Part shown: positions 1-12,181 of the stretch, piece by piece
Layout: every line of letters begins with the position of its first letter
Numbering within the stretch: position 1 is the first letter of the stretch
Origin: Carcharhinus amblyrhynchos
Taxonomy: Eukaryota
DNA length: 64,000 bases
Direction: 5' to 3'
NCBI GenBank assembly: GCA_965287045.1
Contig: OZ336873.1
Coordinates: forward strand, 49,786,001 to 49,850,000
Translations under genes and position numbers: made by a program
The notes under the pieces: model-generated
Database searches by the model: none
What the model was told of the DNA's origin: nothing
The model's input: only the letters and a program-made list of their open reading frames with translations

Positions 1-740
1 GGCTTGTCCAAAGAAGTATTCTTGACAATGCTGAAGATTTGTAATGTTGGAGGTTTTTATGTCTGATTGACATGGTGAGCTCTGATCAATTGGATCAGCA
101 TGGGTGTCAATTAAGTTGGGAGACTTTAGATCTCAAATAAGGATCAAGACGGCCATCAGGAGGAGAAGGAGCAGCCAATGCATCAACAGCCTGTTACTCA
201 CAAAGCTGGACAGTCCCATAGGGGAGAGGGGATGAGCAGCATGTACAACTCACTGGAAGCCAAAGCCAGCACACAGATAATACAGAGGGTCAGCTTCTCC
301 AACATGTCAGACACCAGACTGTCAGGAGACTCCTGGTCTAATATCAGGTGGTGGCAGAAATTTACAGCCTGTTGGAACGAGACCTGCCGCCAGGAGGAAT
401 TGGTGGTCACACTCTACCCAGTGGCTATGTCAAAGTTTCCATCAACCTCAATTTCTCTGTCCTGGATTCTTCCAGGTCTTTGACAGAGATATTTGCAGCA
501 TTTCACACTCAAGACGCCCACAAATACGCAAGCCAGGTGATTGATGGTTTATTTGCCAAGTCCAGCAATTATGCCAACATTGTTTATGGTGACACTGTCA
601 GAGTAAGGGCACTGACCAGCTTCCTACAGGGCAGGGTGGCATTGACACACATATGAAACACTCATTGTTCACCGAGAGTATTTTTTTTAAAACATCAGAC
701 ACAAGGGCTTCCACTCAATGTACAATTGGGAATGCAACCA

Positions 741-2480
741 TAGAATCATAGAGGTTTACAGCATGGAAACAGGCCCTTTGGCCCAACTTGTCCACGCTGC
801 CTGGTTTTTACCACTAAGCTAGCCCCAGTTGCCCGCATTTGGCCCGTATCCTCTTTACCCATTTTACCCACATAACTGTCTAAATGCTTTTTCCGGGTAC
901 GGAACTGGATTGTCAGGTGATACAACAGGATATAGATAGGTTGGTGCAGTGGGCAGATAGGTGGCAGATGGAATTTAATCCTGACAAATGCGAGGTGATG
1001 CATTTTGGATGGAATAATGCAGAGAGGAGCTATGTGATAAAAGGTAGGCCGATTAGGAGTATAGACATACAGAGGGACCTGGGAGTGCAGGTTCACAAAT
1101 CCATGAAGGTTGCGTCACAAGTGGAGAAGGTTGTTAGGAAGGTTTATGGGATGTTAGCCTTTATAGGAAGGGGCATAGAGTATAAAAGCTGCCGTCTAAT
1201 GCTTCAGTTGTACAGAACGTTGGTTAGACCGCATTTGGAGTACTGCGTCCAGTTCTGGTCACCTTACTACCGGAAGGACGTGGAGTCTCTGGAAAGGGTG
1301 CAGAGGAGGTTTACCAGGATGTTGCCTGGCATGGGGGGACTGGGTTACGAGGAGAGATTGAAGAAACTGGGACTATTCTCCTTGGAAAGACGGAGATTGA
1401 GAGGGGACATGATAGAAGTATATAAGATACTGAAGGGAATAGATAGAGTTAATAGTGAGAGACTGCTCCCTAGACTGGGTACGAACACGAGAGGTCATCA
1501 TTTAAGGGTGAGGGGGGGGAGGTATAATTTGGAGGTGAGAAGAAGGTTCTTTACGCAGAGAGTTGTGGGGGTCTGGAACGCGCTACCGAGTAGGGTGGTG
1601 GAGGCAGGAACATTGGACTCGTTTAAGATGCAGTTAGTTAGGCACATGAGTGAAACGAGAATGGACGGATATGGTAGGGGCTATTAAATAGGGTTAAACC
1701 TCAGGAGACACCGGAAGGGCAGGCTGTATGATTAATATTTTTTATCTTTATTCCACAGGTGGAGGTCCACCTCGTGTCAAGCGAGGGGCATGCACACGGT
1801 GGGTCGTGCGTGGGCTGCTCTTGGAAGTCCAGGAGTGGCCTAGTATTTCATGTCGGTGTGTGTGCTTGATCCTGGACCGGTAGACGGGCGCCGCAACAGC
1901 TCAGTGACTATCACTGCTGGCTGTGCAGACACATGGATTTGGGCCTGTGTCTGTGGGAGTTTGCGCATTCTCCCTGTGGTTGCGTGGGTTTCCTCCGGGC
2001 GCTCCGGTTTCCTCCCACACCCCAAAGATGTGCTCTTAGGCTGATCGGTTTTACCAAATTGACACTATTCTCCCCTGAATCTGGCTAAGTTAGGGGTTCC
2101 ACTCGTAGACATGCAGGGTAGAATAGGTGTAGGGTGATGCGGCGGCGCGGGCTCGTTGGGCCGAAGGGCCTGTTTCCCGTGCTGGATTGTCCTTTGTTCT
2201 TTGTTCTTTAAAATTGTACTTGCCTCTACTACTGTCTCTGGCAGCTCATTCCAGACAATCACCATCCTCTGGGTGAAAAAGCATCCCTCTGGACCCTTTT
2301 GTATCCCTTCCCTCCCACCTTAAATCTATGCCCTTTAGTTTTACACTCCCCTACCTTTGGGAAAAGATGTTGACTATCTACCCTATCTATGCCCCTCATT
2401 ATTTTATACACCTCTATAAGATCATTCCCAAGCTTCCTACGCTCCAGGGAAAAAAAGTCCCATCTATCCAGCCTCTCCTT
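741..2480 (-). mobile_element. CR1 LINE 3' end split into 741-893 and ~2209-2480 by a younger insertion
   Basis: CR1 tail (atagaatcatagagg...ggccctttggccca) in reverse. CR1 ORF2 C-terminal sequence resumes at 2209. Confidence 0.7.
894..2208 (+). mobile_element. Young 5'-truncated CR1 LINE: ORF2 C-terminus intact to stop at 1687, long 3' UTR containing a SINE-like segment, (ttgttct)n tail
   Basis: ORF 884..1687 has WQMEFNPDKCEVMHFG, RDLGV, RPHLEYCVQFWSP, LGLFSLERRRLRGD, TRGH, FFTQRVV. CpGs retained. Confidence 0.9.
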
Positions 2481-3650
2481 AAAGTCCCACCACTAAAAGA
2501 TCTTTACATACACATGTACAAGATTCCAGCTGCTATGATGCTTTCGTCCAGTAGCAATTCCCTCCCAAAGCCCTGGACAGAGTTACTGGCTGGTTGCTCA
2601 CAAGGAAAGGATAACACAGGATGGTTGCAGCACAGAAGGAAGCTGCTTGGCTCACTGTGCCTGAACTATACTACCCACTTAAATGTAACTGATGGCACCT
2701 CTGAGGTACCTGAGGAATGAGACCCAGGAGTACTGCAGTGCTTGCCACCACAATACACATTTTTAAACAAACTATTGAAATGCTGAAACTACATTTCAGG
2801 TATATAGACATGCATATACCTGCAAGGTAAGCTGAAGTGAGGAGTGATGTGCTGGACTATATATTGGCCTATTGTTGTGAGACTTCTTACTCTATGTATT
2901 GGAAGGCAGAGTGAGGGGTTTTGGGTGGTATACACATCAGGATGTTGATGAATGTACTCACCTTTTTTCATTGCTTAGGTTATTAAACCACTTTCGGCAT
3001 TGGCTCGACACACTTCTGTTGCTAACCTCATGGACAACTCTAGCCATGCATTCTTTGTTTTACCTGCTTACAGTAAAGAACAGCATCTCCCTGTGGGGCC
3101 CTTTAGACCCCTGCAAAGAGGCACCTTCACTTCATGAATGAACACAAAAGATAATTATTAATGAGAATTGTACAACAGCTCATAGCTATAGCCAGCTCCC
3201 AAAATGTCTCTTTGCCAAAGAGGGCTCCACCCCCTGGAGTGATTCTTCTGAGTTCCGATTGGTCTCCCAAGCCAGGTGACCCTTACTCTGCTGTGTTGCC
3301 CTTAAAAGGACAATCACCACAAGCCCACAGTGCCAGATGCAGGGAGGCATCACTATAATGAGGCACAGCCTTTTAATATTTGGGCTCCATTTTGTTAATT
3401 CCTTCTGTGTGCTCTTGATCCAATCTCTATTGAATTGCATGTTTAAAAACAGGAGAAACAGGAGCAAGATTACCGATACATCCTGTCAAGCCTGCTTTGC
3501 CGATCAATACATCATGGCTTATCTGTTGAAACTCCACTTATCCATCCATTCCTCATATCTCTTGGTTCCCTTAGAGACCAGTAATCTGTCTTTTTCAGCT
3601 TTAAATATTTTCAATAATGGAGCACACACTGTCTTCTGGAATAGAAGATA

Positions 3651-3950
3651 GGGTGGCACAGTGGTTAGCACTGCTGCCTCACAGTGCCAGGGACCTGGGT
3701 TTGATTCCCGGCTTTGGTCACTGGCTGGGCAGAGTCTGCATGTTCTCCCCGTGTCTGCGTGGGTTTCCTCCGAGTGCTCCGGTTTCTCCCCACAATCCAA
3801 AAAATGCGCTGGTTAGGTGCATTGACCATGCTAAATTCTCCCTCAGTGTACCCGAACAGGTGTTACAGCATGGCGACTAGGGGATTTTCACATTAACTTC
3901 ATTGCAGTGATTTTGCAAGACTATTTGTTCTCTAATAAACTAAAACAAAA
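3651..3950 (+). mobile_element. tRNA-derived V-SINE (HE1-like), tail type B
   Basis: Head ggtggcacagtggttagcactgctgcctcacag, core tctccccgtgtctgcgtgggtttcctccg, tail ggcgactaggggattttcac..aacttcattgcagtg. Confidence 0.8.
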
Positions 3951-4674
3951 CTAAACTACAGATTTCCAAAGAGTTACAAACCTCCGAGTGAATATAAAAT
4001 GATCATCCCCTTAACCTGAGACAGTGCCATGTTCTAGATTCTTCAGTCAGGAGAACCAAAAGTGTATACATCATCAAGCCCCTTCAGAATCTTGTATGTT
4101 TCAATGTTATAACCCCTCGTTCAGCAAAGCTCCGGAGAGCAAAGACCTAATTTACTCAGTCCCTCCTTGTAGGACAACCCTCACAACCCGGAGACTAATC
4201 TAGTAACCCATCACTGCACCATCTCCAATGTAATCATATCCTTCCTTAAATATGGAGACTAAAACTAAGCATGGCTGGCATGTCCCTCTAAATGCTGGAG
4301 ATGAAATGCACTCATGCAGGTCAACATTGCATCTACTCATGCAAATTGGCCAGGAAGCCTGGAAGTGATATGATAGTAAAGTGTCTTAGTTAAAGTGCCA
4401 CTGATAGACACAGTGCACTTTGCTGCACTTACCTACAGTTTCAGATACACTGCCAGACCCCATCACACTTCACTTGGCAATGTGTCTGAATCCTAAAATT
4501 CAGCTCTGCGATATCAGATCAGATACGTTCTGGTTAGCATTTATACTCCCAAGTCATGATGCTTCCATTAATAATCTTGCTACAGGCAAGTTATCATGAG
4601 GTCTGATGTCAAAGCGTGTGATTGCTTTTATCAATGTCCTCAATGTGCGCCTACTGAAAAGTATGTGTTTATTA

Positions 4675-4968
4675 TAGAAACCCTACAGTGCAGAAGGAGG
4701 CCATTCAGCCCATCGAGTCAGCACCAACAACAATTCCACCCAGGCCCAATCCCTGTAATCCCACTTATCTACCATGCTAATCCCCCGACACTAGATTCAA
4801 TTTAGCATGGCCAATCCACCTAACCTGCACATCATTGGACTGTGGGAGAAAACCGGAGCACCCGGAGGAAACCCACGCAGACACAGAGAGAAAGACAATG
4901 ACCCGAGGCTGGAAATGAACCCGGATCCCTGGTGCTGTGAGGCAGCAGTACTAACCACTATGCCACCA
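4675..4968 (-). mobile_element. V-SINE (HE1-like), CR1-type tail A
   Basis: Reverse copy with tail tagaaaccctacagtgcagaaggaggcc. Confidence 0.8.
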
Positions 4969-5241
4969 TTACATTTCAACAACAACAACTCATATTTCAA
5001 AGCATGTTTAACAGCGTAAAACACCTAATCTGTTTCATAAGAACACCATCAGGGAGAAGGTGGAACTAATACTAAGACGAGTAAGCATCATCTTCGTCAA
5101 AGTGGAAGGTTTTAAGGTATGTCTCAGAGGAGAGGGAGGTGGAGTGATTCAAGAAACAGATTCTGGAGTCAGTACAACAATGTACATCAGAGGTGGATAA
5201 GGGGCCAGTTTTGGAGTGTAGCTGAAGAACGTGAGTTTTGA

Positions 5242-5545
5242 AGTTCATTTATTAGTGTCACAAGTAGGTTTACATTAACAGTGCAATGAAGTTACTATGA
5301 AATCCGCTAGTCACCACACTCCGGCACCTGATTGGGTACATTGAGGAAGAAATTAGAATGACCAATGCATTTAACCAACATGTCATTCAGACTGTAGGAG
5401 GAAACTGGAGCACCCAGAGGAAACACACACAGACATGGGGAGAATGTGCAGATTCCACTCAGACAGTGACCCAAGCTGGGAATCAAAGCCAGTTACCTGG
5501 AGCTGTGAGGCAGCAGTGCAAACCACTGTGTCACCGTGCTGCCCT
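5242..5545 (-). mobile_element. V-SINE, tail type B
   Basis: Reverse head and core, tail tcacaagtaggtttacattaacagtgcaatgaagttac. Confidence 0.75.
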
Positions 5546-6984
5546 ATGACAGAAATGGGAGACCATGGACAAAATAGAATACAAGCATGAGAAATTTATA
5601 TATTCATATTTATGTGTGTAAATAGTCTATGAAACCAAGAGTTCAACCACAGAAGAATTCAGGCAGAAATAATGTCCCCGACAGCATTGATTTGCCTGTT
5701 GGTCAAGGCCTGTTGACTATTAAACCAAGGTTGAATCTGAAGGATTTCCTGCTGTATGTTAATAACCTCTGCATCCTCCTGATGAAGTTTCGTGACATAA
5801 AACAACAAGCCATTGCTTACAGTGCAACCTGCAGGAAAAAAATCAGACAGGAATATGTTTCAATCTAAAAATAAATATCAGTTCGTTCATTGAAAAGGTA
5901 CAGCATTCAGAACACGGCAGCATTAATGTAAATGCAAGAAAATATAAACGGGTCACATAAAAGTTGTCCATTTTGAGTAACAATGAGCAAACTGGGCATT
6001 TTCTTTTTGCTAAATTGCCTTTCTTCTCTCTGAAACAGCGATGATTTGGCACACATTTTAAAAGAAAAATAGAAATAGATTTGGAAAGGAAAATTTTCAG
6101 GGCGATGGGGAAAAGGCAGGGGAGAGCGCAATGATTGGATGGTTCTTCCAGGACAGCATGATCAGCTTTTAAGCTGGAAAACATCCCAGCCTGCTGCACA
6201 GCACTGTACCAAGATAAAAATAATGTCTCCAAGCCACCTAAGGAGACATTAAAGAATGTGATTAGAACATTGGCCAGAGATGTAGGTGTGGTGAAAGAGG
6301 GAGAAGTGTACAGAAGGCCAGAGATAGAGAATAGAATTGGGCAAAGGCTGTAGGAGTACGGAGATTGGGAGCAATAAGGCCATGGAGGGATTGAACATAA
6401 GTCTAACTGTTGGCATTGGGGTGAGGGTCAGGAAACTGACTAGGTCCCATTCCTTGCCTCAACCTTTCTTTGGCATCACCTATATCGTCTCTCCAGGTTA
6501 GAATCACAGAATTGCCCCTCATGTTCCTCGCATCTCATATGTTTTAATCCATGAACTGTACCACATACATGCTCATCACATACCCAAACAGACAGCTGCC
6601 AACCTGTCAAATCTCATGCCTTTCCAATGAATTCCTTTTGGTTCAACATCATTCCGTTATTTACAATGGAGTCTGATCATGTTCACACCACAAGGAGAAC
6701 CACTGAACAGGCTACACAGAGCATTTGGACATCACTGCTTAGACTCCTGACAAGCATTCACCAGTGCATCAATGCAGTGTTTCAGGAGTGTATTGAACTG
6801 AGAGTCACAGTTTAGCCTGGGTGTCAATTTAACTGGCACAGCACACAAGTGATGAAAGAAGCCCCCAAAAGGCTGCCATGAATGATGCTGAATTTGAACT
6901 GAATGCAGTCCATTGGGACGGTGCCTGATCAGTGATAGCTCATCAGAGACAGAAAGGCATGGGTTTGTACTCAAATGGCCCACT

Positions 6985-7840
6985 GAGACACAAGTTTGCT
7001 GATGACACTGCTGTAGGGGGTCAGATCTCAAACAACGATGAGATGATGTACAGAGAAGATGGAGAACCTGGTGAATTGGTATGATGACAATAATCTCTCC
7101 CTCAATGTCAATAAAACAAAGGAGATAGTCATTGATTTCAAGAAGCATAGTGGAGCTCATACCCCTGTCTACATCAACAGGGATGAAGTGGAAATGGCCA
7201 ATCACTAGGTGTCCAGATCAACAATAACCTTCCTGATCTCTCCACACTGATGCTGTAGTTAAGAAAACCCACCAATATCTCTGCTTTCTCAATGGGCTAA
7301 GGAAATTCGGCACCATAGCCACTCTGACTCTCACTACTGTTTACTGGTGCACAATAGAAAGCATCCTTTCTGGATGTATCATAGCTTGGTATGACTCTTA
7401 CTCTGACCAAGACCACAAGAAATTACAAAGGGTGGTGAATGTAGCCCAGTCCATCACACAAATCAGCCTCCCATCCATTGACTCCGTCAACACTTCCCAC
7501 TGACTTGGAAAAGTAGCCAGCATACTCAAGGATCACATATACCTGACATTCTCTCTTCCACCTTCTTTCATCGGGAAAAAGATACAAAAGTCTGACATCA
7601 TATACCAACTGATTCAAGAGCTTCTTCCCTGCTGCCATCAGACTTTTGAATGGACCTACCTTGCGCTAAGTTGATCTTTCTCTACATTCTAGCTATGACT
7701 GTAACACTACATTCTGCACCCTCTCCTTTTCTTCTCTCTTATGTACTCTGAATGGTATGTTTTAATAGTGTAGTGAGCAAGAAACTATATTTTTTCGCTG
7801 TATCCTTAAATGAGACAGTAATAAATCAAATCAAATCAAA
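6985..7840 (+). mobile_element. Rex1/Babar-like LINE 3' portion, decayed
   Basis: KFADDT and NLSLNVNKTKEIVIDF RT motifs; tail aataaatcaaatcaaatcaaa. Confidence 0.7.
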
Positions 7841-9320
7841 ACAATGCCCATCTGTCTCAGAGACTTTATGGTCTTGGGAGAGGGGCAGTAACAAAATCTG
7901 TCACTCAGTGGAGCTCTCCGCAACCGAGAAATGGTCTCAACCTCAAATGATATCACAGTAGATGGTCTGTTCATTAAAACGAGCACGTGCTGCAGTCACT
8001 GATGAACTAAATACTGCACTGAGATGCTGCTCACAGTGCAGCTTTTAAACCCACCCAATTAAGCTGGCCCACGAGAAGCCAGATTCCTCATGTGTTGTGA
8101 TTCTGACTCTGTGGGCGTATTATCACATTCAAAGTATATAGTGACATTCAGTTGTGTCGTTAATGACGTTGATCACTGCTTTAACTAAATGTTACATAGC
8201 ACAGGTAGGTTTCTGACTTTTGACCTTGTCCGCATAGCGCATTATTCAAACGCCTGATGTTATGTTCCCCTGTGTGGAAATCATTCCTGTTTTGGGAGTG
8301 TATCCTTCAGCCCATCCTGTGTACAAAACCCATTGCCAATGCACAAAGTGAACTGTGTGAAGAAGGCAAATAAAGAAATGAACATGTTTGTTTATGTGAT
8401 GATGCACGCTCACAGTCCATGTCAGAAGCTCTAAGGGTATTTATTAAAAATGAAAAACTGTACAGAGACCAGCAGCCCCCCAGCTGCCCTGGAGGTACAT
8501 GCTTTCTACATGTCAACCACATGTGTTGTACAGGTCCTCTGTCTAAGAGAGGCCTCCACCCCTGGGGTGGTTGCCCACTCTCAGTCCCCATTGGTCGCTC
8601 AAGTTAGATAACCCTTTACTGCTGTGTTCCTTAAAGGGATAATCACCACAATTAACATCATCTTCATTCCTCAAGCAGATGCACTTTTTGATCAACAGGG
8701 AATTCATGACTCTTCCCATGGACCACGACAGACCTCTTCCAATCCCACAGTGGCTTCCTCCCACAACAACCTGGTCTCTTGCAAGCTCAAACTTTCTAAG
8801 CAGCCATGTCGATGACACATGCAGTGTGATCTGGCAGCTGCAGCTCATCCAGCTCCGCTCTCTGTCAGCCTCAAGCTTCCTGCCTCCTCCCTTTACCCTC
8901 CCAAAATCTTAATGCTCATTTCACCAATCATCCTGGAGCCTCCAACTAAACCTACCCTGCCTCCAGCTGGACCAGCTCTGCTTCAAGCTTAATATCCCTT
9001 CCCTGACGTATGTGGTCCAGCTGAATCACTTTAATATATAGGCCCAGACTCCTGTAATGATGGACCCAGTGTGACAGGCTGGAATCCGGATCCCTTCAGA
9101 TACAGCCCCTCCAAAACCCCACCCCCATTGTCACTACCACACCACCCATACATGTCAATGCTTTGCTGTATTGCCATTGTCAACACTATCAACACCCTCT
9201 CACTGGCCCAACCATCATACCATTTGAGGAGCCAACTACCACCATCCTGCCCTCTCCTCCACCTTCCTCATGGACTACTCAACTTCTCCTGCACCGCGCC
9301 CCCCCCTGCCCGCCCCGCTT

Positions 9321-11279
9321 TTTGAGTAACCTATTAGATTTAACTGTGTATTGAGGTTACCCTTTGAGTGACCTATCAGATTTAACTGTGTATTGAGGTT
9401 ACCCTTTGAGTGACCTATCAGATTTAACAGTGTATTGAGGTTACCCTTTGAGTGACCTATCAGATTTAACTGTGTATTGAGGTTACTCTTTGAGTGACCT
9501 ATCAGATTTAACTGTGTATTGAGGTTACCCTTTGAGTGACCTATCAGATTTAACTGTGTATTGAGGTTACTCTTTGAGTGACCTATCAGATTTAACTGTG
9601 TATTGAGGTTACTCTTTGAGTGACCTATCAGATTTAACTGTGTATTGAGGTTACTCTTTGAGTGACCTATCAGATTTAACTGTGTATTGAGGTTACTCTT
9701 TGAGTGACCTATCAGATTTAACTGTGTATTGAGGTTACTCTTTGAGTGACCTATCAGATTTAACTGTGTATTGAGGGTATTCTTTGAGTGATCTATCAGA
9801 TTTAACTGTGTATTGAGGTTACTCCTTGAGTGACCTATCAGATTTAACTGTGTATTGAGGTTACTCTTTGAGTGACCTATCAGATTTAACTGTGTATTGA
9901 GGTTATTCTTTGAGTGACCTATCAGATTTAACTGTGTATTGAGGTTACTCTTTGAGTGACCTATCAGATTTAACTGTGTATTGAGGTTACCCTTTGAGTG
10001 ACCTATCAGATTTAACTGTGTATTGAGGTTACTCTTTGAGTGACCTATCAGATTTAACTGTGTATTGAGGTTACTCTTTGAGTGACCTATCAGATTTAAC
10101 TGTGTATTGAGGTTACCATTTGAGTGACCTATCAGATTTAACTGTGTATTGAGGTTACTCTTTGAGTGACCTATCAGATTTAACTGTGTATTGAGGGTAT
10201 TCTTTGAGTGATCTATCAGATTTAACTGTGTATTGAGGTTACTCTTTGAGTGACCTATCAGATTTAACTGTGTATTGAGGTTACTCCTTGAGTGACCTAT
10301 CAGATTTAACTGTGTATTGAGGTTACTCTTTGAGTGACCTATCAGATTTAACTGTGTATTGAGGTTACCCTTTGAGTGACCTATCAGATTTAACTGTGTA
10401 TTGAGGTTACCCTTTGAGTGACCTATCAGATTTAACTGTGTATTGAGGTTACCCTTTGAGTGACCTATCAGATTTAACTGTGTATTGAGGTTACCGTTTG
10501 AGTGACCTATCAGATTTAACTGTGTATTGAGGTTATTCTTTGAGTGACCTATCAGGTTTAACTGTGTATCGAGGTTACTCTTTGAGTGACCTATCAGATT
10601 TAACTGTGTATTGAGGTTACTCTTTGAGTGACCTATCAGATTTAACTGTGTATTGAGGTTACTCTTTGAGTGACCTATCAGATTTAACTGTGTATTGAGG
10701 TTACCGTTTGAGTGACCTATCAGATTTAACTGTGTATTGAGGTTATTCTTTGAGTGACCTATCAGGTTTAACTGTGTATCGAGGTTACTCTTTGAGTGAC
10801 CTATCAGATTTAACTGTGTATTGAGGTTACTCTTTGAGTGACCTATCAGATTTAACTGTGTATTGAGGTTACCGTTTGAGTGACCTATCAGATTTAACTG
10901 TGTATTGAGGTTATTCTTTGAGTGACCTATCAGGTTTAACTGTGTATTGAGGTTACTCTTTGAGTGACCTATCAGATTTAACTGTGTATTGAGGTTACTC
11001 TTTGAGTGACCTATCAGATTTAACTGTGTATTGAGGTTACTCTTTGAGTGACCTATCAGATTTAACTGTGTATTGAGGTTACTCTTTGAGTGACCTATCA
11101 GATTTAACTGTGTATTGAGGTTACTCTTTGAGTGACCTATCAGATTTAACTGTGTATTGAGGTTACTCTTTGAGTGACCTATCAGATTTAACTGTGTATT
11201 GAGGTTACTCTTTGAGTGACCTATCAGATTTAACTGTGTATTGAGGTTACTCTTTGAGTGACCTATCAGATTTTACTGT
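9321..11279. repeat. 42-bp tandem minisatellite, ~46 copies
   Basis: Unit tttgagtgacctatcagatttaactgtgtattgaggttac(t/c)c; period 42 seen at 9361 and 9403. Confidence 0.97.
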
Positions 11280-11826
11280 CTGTACCTTTAGTCTTCCACA
11301 GTGTGATGGGTTTCCTTCGAAAAACCCCAAACATCTGACACTGTGTAAGTTAACAGAGATCCTTCTGTGCTAATTGTTGGTGACAACCATCATAGGATGG
11401 GGTGATTATTTTTCCTGTTTGCTGGTATAATGAACATATTCTGTAATTGGACCACAGTTTCTCTATACGTAGTGTGATGAAGGACTTTTTCACTCTATCT
11501 GCTATGCTGGAACAACTCAGGCACCACTGAACACTGACGATTGAAATATATCTGTGAACTTTCACTTCAAATGCTGATGCAAATGGGATATGATTTAACG
11601 GATTTCCCGTAAAAGTAAAGATTAATGGGCCTGGGTGTGGATTTGACATTGTGGGGAAACTTGTGCATGTCTAATGAGGTTTCAGTAAACTGGGTAGGTA
11701 GGTCAACTAAACAATAATCTGTACTTCCTGACATTGTGCATTCTGCTCAGTTCCTGTGGAACGTGGAACACAGCAGTCTCTTAATACAAGGGAGGTAGCA
11801 TTCTGTGCCTTTCCTGTCTTTTCCAG

Positions 11827-11896
11827 AACTCTAAAATTATACAGCTTCATCCCAGCTCCAGCAGGGATACACATTTTCAGGCTGTGAAATACAGCT
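11827..11896 (+). CDS. Candidate exon of an unidentified plus-strand gene (NSKIIQLHPSSSRDTHFQAVKYS)
   Basis: Acceptor ttctgtgcctttcctgtcttttccag| and donor |GTAAGT. Only one frame is open (phase 0 to 1). Lies in unique sequence. Confidence 0.45.
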
Positions 11897-12181
11897 GTAA
11901 GTCTGTAGTTATTACCGAGGCTTCCACTATCGAGCCTGTACTCAGCAGTTACCCAGCGTCAGCATAGTCATAACACACTGCACATGCAGTCTGACTGGGA
12001 ACCAGACACCAGATTTCCCAGAACTTCACTCTGTATATTGTTTGCTTTATTGCTAGGAACAGATGAGAGAAACATCTAACTTGTCCCATCATTTAAAGGA
12101 CACCAGTGTGAAGTTTTAAAAATTTAAGAAAGAAAGACTTGTATTTTTATAGTGCTTTTTATGTTCTTTTAAAGTGCAGTA

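Larger units (their letters stand above)
150..2720 (+). mobile_element. Decayed PIF/Harbinger transposase (HARBI1-like) interrupted by nested CR1 LINEs at ~741-2490
   Basis: Frameshifted fragments AHKYASQVIDGLFAK..QGRVALTHI (cf. QGAIDCTHV) at 348-656. SCYDAF and GWLL..KG motifs resume at ~2500-2620. Confidence 0.55.

Noticed and set aside
3651-3720. tRNA genes at SINE heads
   Set aside because: A/B-box-like heads run into V-SINE cores and do not form complete cloverleaves.
9321-11279. CRISPR-like array of palindromic repeats
   Set aside because: Units are contiguous with no unique spacers, no cas genes, and the context is vertebrate.
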